Part shown: positions 54,946 to 59,261 of the stretch, piece by piece
Numbering within the stretch: the first letter of the stretch is position 1
How the letters are laid out: each line of letters begins with the position of its first letter
Origin: Oscillospiraceae bacterium
GTDB taxonomy: Bacteria > Bacillota > Clostridia > Oscillospirales > Acutalibacteraceae
Direction of reading: 5' to 3'
Length of the DNA stretch: 59,261 nucleotides
Assembly: GCA_902797875.1 (NCBI GenBank)
Contig: CADBUL010000010.1
Coordinates: forward strand, 1 to 59,261
Translations under genes and position numbers: made by a program
Notes under the pieces: generated by a model
Databases searched by the model: none
What the model saw: only the letters and a program-made list of their open reading frames with translations
Told to the model about the DNA's origin: nothing

Positions 54946-55122
54946 TTAGCGATATTTGCGTTTGCGCGCTGCTTCCGATTTCTTTTTGCGTTTAACGGAG
55001 GGCTTTTCGTAATGTTCTCTTTTGCGAACTTCCTGAATAACACCGTCCTTAGCAGTTTGCCTTTTGAAGCGGCGCAGAGCGTTATCTAAAGATTCGTTTT
55101 CTTTAACGCGAACCAGACTCAT
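54946..55122 (-). CDS. rpsU: 30S ribosomal protein S21 (start trimmed to ATG 55122)
   Basis: [42 protein letters not shown] is a canonical S21. GGAGGG RBS lies upstream. Confidence 0.94.
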   Translation of the reverse strand: MSLVRVKENESLDNALRRFKRQTAKDGVIQEVRKREHYEKPSVKRKKKSEAARKRKYR

Positions 55123-55273
55123 CAATTTTCCCTCCTTCGTCTTTATATACACTTAAATTATAATTATAAACAGTCGGTTTGTCAAGTGTTTTTTATTTAC
55201 GGTATAAATTGTTTGATTTTGTAAGGCCGTTATGATAAAATATAGTGTAACGATGTTCACGGAGGTATTTTCG

Positions 55274-56698
55274 ATGTCGCACGAGGTTTATGAAAATCCG
55301 CTATGCGGGCGTTATGCCGGCAAAGAAATGCAGTATATTTTTTCGGATAAAAGCAAGTTTACCACCTTTAGAAAACTGTGGGTTTTGTTAGCAAGCTGCG
55401 AAAAGGATTTAGGCTTACCCATAACCGACGAGCAGATAAAGGAACTTAAAGACCATATTGACGATATCGATTTCGAAGCGGCGGCAAGGATTGAAAAAGA
55501 GGTTCGCCACGACGTTATGGCGCACGTAAAAGCCTACGGGGCGCAATGCCCGAACGCCGCAAAAATAATACATCTTGGCGCAACGTCCTGTTATGTCGGC
55601 GATAATACCGATGTAATTTTAATGGACAAGGCGCTTAAAACAGTAATAGCCAAAACCGTAAGCGTAATTAAAAACCTTTCGGAGTTTGCGCTGAAATACG
55701 CCGATACGCCAACCCTTGGCTACACCCATTTTCAACCGGCGCAGCCCACCACCGTGGGAAAACGCGCCACGCTTTGGATTTACGATTTGATTTTAGATTT
55801 AGAGCAGCTTGAATTTGCCCGCGCGTCGCTAAGGCTGCTCGGGTGCAAAGGTACCACCGGCACCTGCGCAAGCTTTTTGGAGCTTTTTGAGGGGGACGCC
55901 CAAAAGGTCAAAAAACTTGAAGATATGATTTGTAAAGCGGTGGGTCTTAAAGCGCAACCCGTTTCGGGACAGACCTATTCAAGAAAGCAGGACAGCGTCG
56001 TAATTAAGGCATTGTCGGGTCTTTGTGAAAGCGCCATGAAATTTGCCGGCGATATTCGTCTGCTTGCTCACGAAAAAGAAATTGAAGAACCGTTTGAGGA
56101 AAACCAGATAGGCTCTTCGGCTATGGCATACAAGCGCAATCCCATGCGCAGTGAAAGGATTTCTTCGCTTGCAAGATATGTGCTTTCGCTTGTTGCCGCC
56201 CCCGAAATTACCGCCGGTACCCAGTGGTTAGAGCGCACTCTGGACGATTCGGCGGCAAGACGGCTTTATATTCCGCAATCGTTTTTGGCGGTTGACGGCA
56301 TTTTGAATTTGTACATAAACATTTCGCAAAACCTTGTGGTTAACGAAAAAATGATAGAACGCCACCTTAATACCGAACTTCCCTTTATGGCTACCGAAAA
56401 CATTTTGATGGACGCCGTAAAACGCGGCGGCGACCGTCAGGAATTGCACGAAGTTATCCGTCAGTACAGTATAAAGGCGGGTAATCGGGTAAAATCGGGC
56501 GAAGAGAACGACCTGTTGCAAACCCTGTGCGAGGACGAACGGTTTATGCTTTCATACGAGGAACTGCAAAAAACGCTCGACCCCAAAAACTACGTCGGTA
56601 TGGCGCCGGCGCAGACGCGCGAGTTTATAGAAGAATACGTTGCGCCGCTTATTAAAACACGCGAGGCATTTTCGCAAGAGGTCGAAATAAAGGTGTAA
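55274..56698 (+). CDS. purB: Adenylosuccinate lyase
   Basis: YENPLCGRYAGKEM, the HFQPAQPTTVGKR fumarate-lyase signature region and GSSAMAYKRNP are present. The start was trimmed to MSHEVY, which has a GGAGG RBS. Confidence 0.95.
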   Translation: MSHEVYENPLCGRYAGKEMQYIFSDKSKFTTFRKLWVLLASCEKDLGLPITDEQIKELKDHIDDIDFEAAARIEKEVRHDVMAHVKAYGAQCPNAAKIIHLGATSCYVGDNTDVILMDKALKTVIAKTVSVIKNLSEFALKYADTPTLGYTHFQPAQPTTVGKRATLWIYDLILDLEQLEFARASLRLLGCKGTTGTCASFLELFEGDAQKVKKLEDMICKAVGLKAQPVSGQTYSRKQDSVVIKALSGLCESAMKFAGDIRLLAHEKEIEEPFEENQIGSSAMAYKRNPMRSERISSLARYVLSLVAAPEITAGTQWLERTLDDSAARRLYIPQSFLAVDGILNLYINISQNLVVNEKMIERHLNTELPFMATENILMDAVKRGGDRQELHEVIRQYSIKAGNRVKSGEENDLLQTLCEDERFMLSYEELQKTLDPKNYVGMAPAQTREFIEEYVAPLIKTREAFSQEVEIKV

Positions 56699-56708
56699 CA
56701 ATTAAGTA

Positions 56709-56737
56709 AGGGCAAGCAAAACGCTTGCCCTGTTTTT
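56709..56737 (+). terminator. Rho-independent terminator after purB
   Basis: agggcaagc (56709-56717) pairs with gcttgccct (56723-56731), followed by gttttt. Confidence 0.75.
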
Positions 56738-56752
56738 ATACTCAAATCGGGT

Positions 56753-57505
56753 TTATATAGCCGATTTTGTGTGCTTCATATCGGTTAAAACGCCCACCAT
56801 CAAAAGCCGTTCATGATCTCTGGAGGTGCAGGTTGAAAGGGTTACGAAATTATTTTCGGGCGTAACCTTAAAGCTATCGTAAACCCGGTGTTTATAGGAC
56901 GGTTTTTTAAGCATTTCTATAAAGGCGGCGGTACCTTCGGGGCTCGAAAAATCGTATTTGAACAAAATATGCTCGTCGTCGGTAACCGTTACGGCGTAGA
57001 TGGTATAGGTTAAAATCCGGTCGGGAAGATAAATCGTAATATTACGGTTTTTTTCAAAAAACTCTTGTTGGTTTCCGAACTTGTGTAAGGAGGCAAACAT
57101 ACTGCCGTTTTTCATACAGTGGCCGTAAAGCAGGGTGTTGCGGTCGGAAAAATCCGCCTTATTGCGCCGCTGCATATAAATCGCGCCAAAGACGCTCTTA
57201 TTCTTTTTGCCGTCGTGGTCGAGGTAAAAGTCGTCGTCTTCTTGCTCGTTTGCACGGTAAACGGGATAGTCTATAACCGTACCGTCGACCTTAATATAAC
57301 CCACAACGTCGCTGTTGGCGGCGTACAAAGCCGCAAAGTCAATGGGGTTGTCGTAATAGGTTATTTCGGGTTGTGAGGGCTGCGGCTTTTCTACCGGCTT
57401 CGGCGGAACGGAGAGCGACCAAACAATCGCCGCAACAAGCGCGGCGGCGACTAATCCCAAAAATATTTTTTTGCCGTAAGTTTTAATAAAATCCAATGGG
57501 TTCAC
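56753..57505 (-). CDS. srtB: Class B sortase
   Basis: It has an N-terminal TM anchor. NTLLYGHCMKNGSMFASL and the catalytic TLSTCT motif are present, and its size (250 aa) is typical of SrtB. Confidence 0.85.
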   Translation of the reverse strand: MNPLDFIKTYGKKIFLGLVAAALVAAIVWSLSVPPKPVEKPQPSQPEITYYDNPIDFAALYAANSDVVGYIKVDGTVIDYPVYRANEQEDDDFYLDHDGKKNKSVFGAIYMQRRNKADFSDRNTLLYGHCMKNGSMFASLHKFGNQQEFFEKNRNITIYLPDRILTYTIYAVTVTDDEHILFKYDFSSPEGTAAFIEMLKKPSYKHRVYDSFKVTPENNFVTLSTCTSRDHERLLMVGVLTDMKHTKSAI

Positions 57506-57632
57506 TCTTTCTGTTTTCTTAAGTAAATATTATACCCCAAAATAAGACTTGTCAAGAAAAAATATGTTTGATATTTGCCCGGGGCGATAGTATAATAAGT
57601 ATATATAACTAAAATTTACAGGAGAACCGTAT

Positions 57633-59012
57633 ATGGACTGCAAACGCTTTTTCGGTAACGTTAAGAATAAAAGAATCGCAATATGCGGTATCGGCATAAG
57701 CAACACTCCCTTAGCGCTTCGCTATCTGAAAGAGGGTGCAAAGGTGTTTGTTTGCGACCGCCGCGACCGTCAGTCGATAGGCGAACTCGCCGACCGCCTT
57801 GAAGCGGCGGGGGCGGAGCTTCGTCTTGGACCAGACTACCTTAAAAACCTTGAGGTGGACGTAATTTTCCGCACGCCGGGTATGAACTTTAATATGCCGG
57901 AACTTATTGCCGCGCGTGAAAACGGCATAGCCGTAACAAGTGAGATGGAGGTATTTTTCGACCTTTGCCCCGCCACCGTTTTTGCGGTAACGGGAAGCGA
58001 CGGCAAAACCACCACCACTACCCTTATTGCCAAAATGCTTGAAGCCGACGGCAAAACGGTGCACCTTGGCGGCAACATAGGACGTCCCCTGCTGCCCGAA
58101 ATCGATAATATTAAACCCGACGATTTTGTGGTTGCCGAGCTTTCGTCTTTTCAACTTATATCTATGCGCAAAAGCGCCGATGTGGCGGTGGTAACCAACG
58201 TTGCGCCCAACCACCTGGATATTCATAAAGATATGCAGGAGTATATCGACAGTAAGCGCAATATTCTTTTACACCAAAACGCTTTTTCGCGTTCAATTCT
58301 TAACAGCGATAACGAAATAACCGCAGGTTTTGAAAAGGACGTGCGCGGTCAAAAAATGATGTTTTCGATGCTCCACCCGGTTAAAAACGGCACCTATCTT
58401 GATAAAAACGGCAATATTTGCGTAGCCTACCGCGATATAAACGTCCCCATTATGCACAAAAGCGAAATCGCCATTATAGGCGAACACAACGTAGCCAACT
58501 ACCTTGCCGCCATAGCCGCCGTTTGGGGTTATGTAAAAATGGAGTCTATTCGCAAGGTTGCGCGTGAATTTATGGGGGTTGAGCACCGCATAGAGTTTGT
58601 ACGCGAAAAGGACGGCGTAAAATACTATAACGATTCGATTGCTTCAAGTCCCACCCGTACCATCGCGGGATTGCGCTCGTTTGAAAACCCGGTGGTACTG
58701 CTTGCGGGCGGGTATGATAAGCACATCCCGTTTGAGCCGATGGTCCCCGAAATTATCAAAAAGTGCAAAGCGGTAATTTTACAGGGTCCCACCGCCGACG
58801 CTATAGAAAAATGCATAATATCGGATAAAAACTATAAAGGCGTACCCGAAATATTGCACGCCGAAAATATGGAGCAAGCCGTAATTATGGCAAGCAAAAA
58901 GGCGCAACAGGGCGACATTGTAACCCTTAGCCCCGCCTGTGCGAGTTTCGACGCATATCCCAATTTCGCGGCGCGCGGCGACCACTACAAACGGCTTGTT
59001 ATGGGGTTGTAA
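57633..59012 (+). CDS. murD: UDP-N-acetylmuramoyl-L-alanine--D-glutamate ligase
   Basis: AVTGSDGKTTTTTLI is the P-loop, and MGVEHRIEFV and YNDSIASSPT are present. It has the Mur ligase architecture. Confidence 0.95.
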   Translation: MDCKRFFGNVKNKRIAICGIGISNTPLALRYLKEGAKVFVCDRRDRQSIGELADRLEAAGAELRLGPDYLKNLEVDVIFRTPGMNFNMPELIAARENGIAVTSEMEVFFDLCPATVFAVTGSDGKTTTTTLIAKMLEADGKTVHLGGNIGRPLLPEIDNIKPDDFVVAELSSFQLISMRKSADVAVVTNVAPNHLDIHKDMQEYIDSKRNILLHQNAFSRSILNSDNEITAGFEKDVRGQKMMFSMLHPVKNGTYLDKNGNICVAYRDINVPIMHKSEIAIIGEHNVANYLAAIAAVWGYVKMESIRKVAREFMGVEHRIEFVREKDGVKYYNDSIASSPTRTIAGLRSFENPVVLLAGGYDKHIPFEPMVPEIIKKCKAVILQGPTADAIEKCIISDKNYKGVPEILHAENMEQAVIMASKKAQQGDIVTLSPACASFDAYPNFAARGDHYKRLVMGL

Positions 59013-59013
59013 T

Positions 59014-59261
59014 ATGATTTTTGACGCCGATTTAATGGCGCGCGATAAAGCCGCCATAGAAAAATGCCGACCAATCTTTGAAAACATAGAAGCCACCGCC
59101 ACACATAACCAGTGGCGGGTGATTCAGGCGTTTTCTAAAAACCGCGTGGGCGCGCAGCATCTTTGCGGCACCACGGGGTACGGATATGACGATATCGGGC
59201 GCGACACGCTTGACCGCGTATTTGCCGATATTATGGGTACGCAAGACGCGCTTGTTCGCCA
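59014..59261 (+). CDS. YnbB / aluminium-resistance-family PLP enzyme (methionine gamma-lyase-like), N-terminal fragment cut by window edge
   Basis: My translation from ATG 59014 is MIFDADLMARDKAAIEKCRPIFENIEATATHNQWRVIQAFSKNRVGAQHLCGTTGYGYDDIGRDTLDRVFADIMGTQDALVR. The GYGYDDIGRD motif is characteristic of this family. Confidence 0.7.
   Translation, partial: MIFDADLMARDKAAIEKCRPIFENIEATATHNQWRVIQAFSKNRVGAQHLCGTTGYGYDDIGRDTLDRVFADIMGTQDALVR

Noticed and set aside
1-59261. CRISPR arrays, rRNA/tRNA genes, IS elements or transposases, toxin-antitoxin pairs, and recognisable defence systems (RM, Abi, CBASS, retron RT).
   Set aside because: I noticed no regularly spaced repeats, no tRNA-like cloverleaf regions in intergenic gaps, and no transposase, nuclease, methylase or RT-like translations in the ORF track. 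This absence is judged by eye only.

Overview
This is a chromosomal segment from a spore-forming Firmicute. It looks Clostridia-like (spoIIGA-sigE, ricT/yaaT, archaeal-type ProRS), but that taxonomic call is inference only. From 1-7.8 kb the minus strand carries an intact S10-spc ribosomal-protein operon (rpsJ to rplF) with a strong promoter and a long leader. From 7.9-35.9 kb there are mostly housekeeping genes: proS, an ACP, a P1B metal ATPase, mgtE, lrp, rpsF-ssb-rpsR, apbE, lepA, mtaB, spoIIGA-sigE and a cysteine desulfurase pair. Two accessory-looking loci interrupt this stretch. The first is a translationally coupled five-gene operon (16.0-19.2 kb) encoding an S/T-rich lipoprotein, an HprK-like P-loop protein, a PqqD/RRE-like protein, a soluble S26B-type peptidase and a His/Ser-repeat membrane protein. 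The second is a 1447-aa secreted repeat protein driven by a consensus promoter. From 36.1-47.1 kb lies the most interesting feature: a compact ~11 kb single-strand operon with only phage packaging, head, short-tail-like and lysis genes. I see no integrase, repressor, replication, tail-tube or tape-measure genes and no att repeats, so it could be a gene-transfer-agent-like or domesticated podovirus-like particle locus, or a prophage remnant. From 47.1-59.3 kb the genes are core again: msmX-like ATPase, rsuA-like, ispDF, efp, aroQ, rpsU, purB, srtB and murD. I saw no rRNA, tRNA or CRISPR array. All calls come from reading the translations and sequence; no database search was run.
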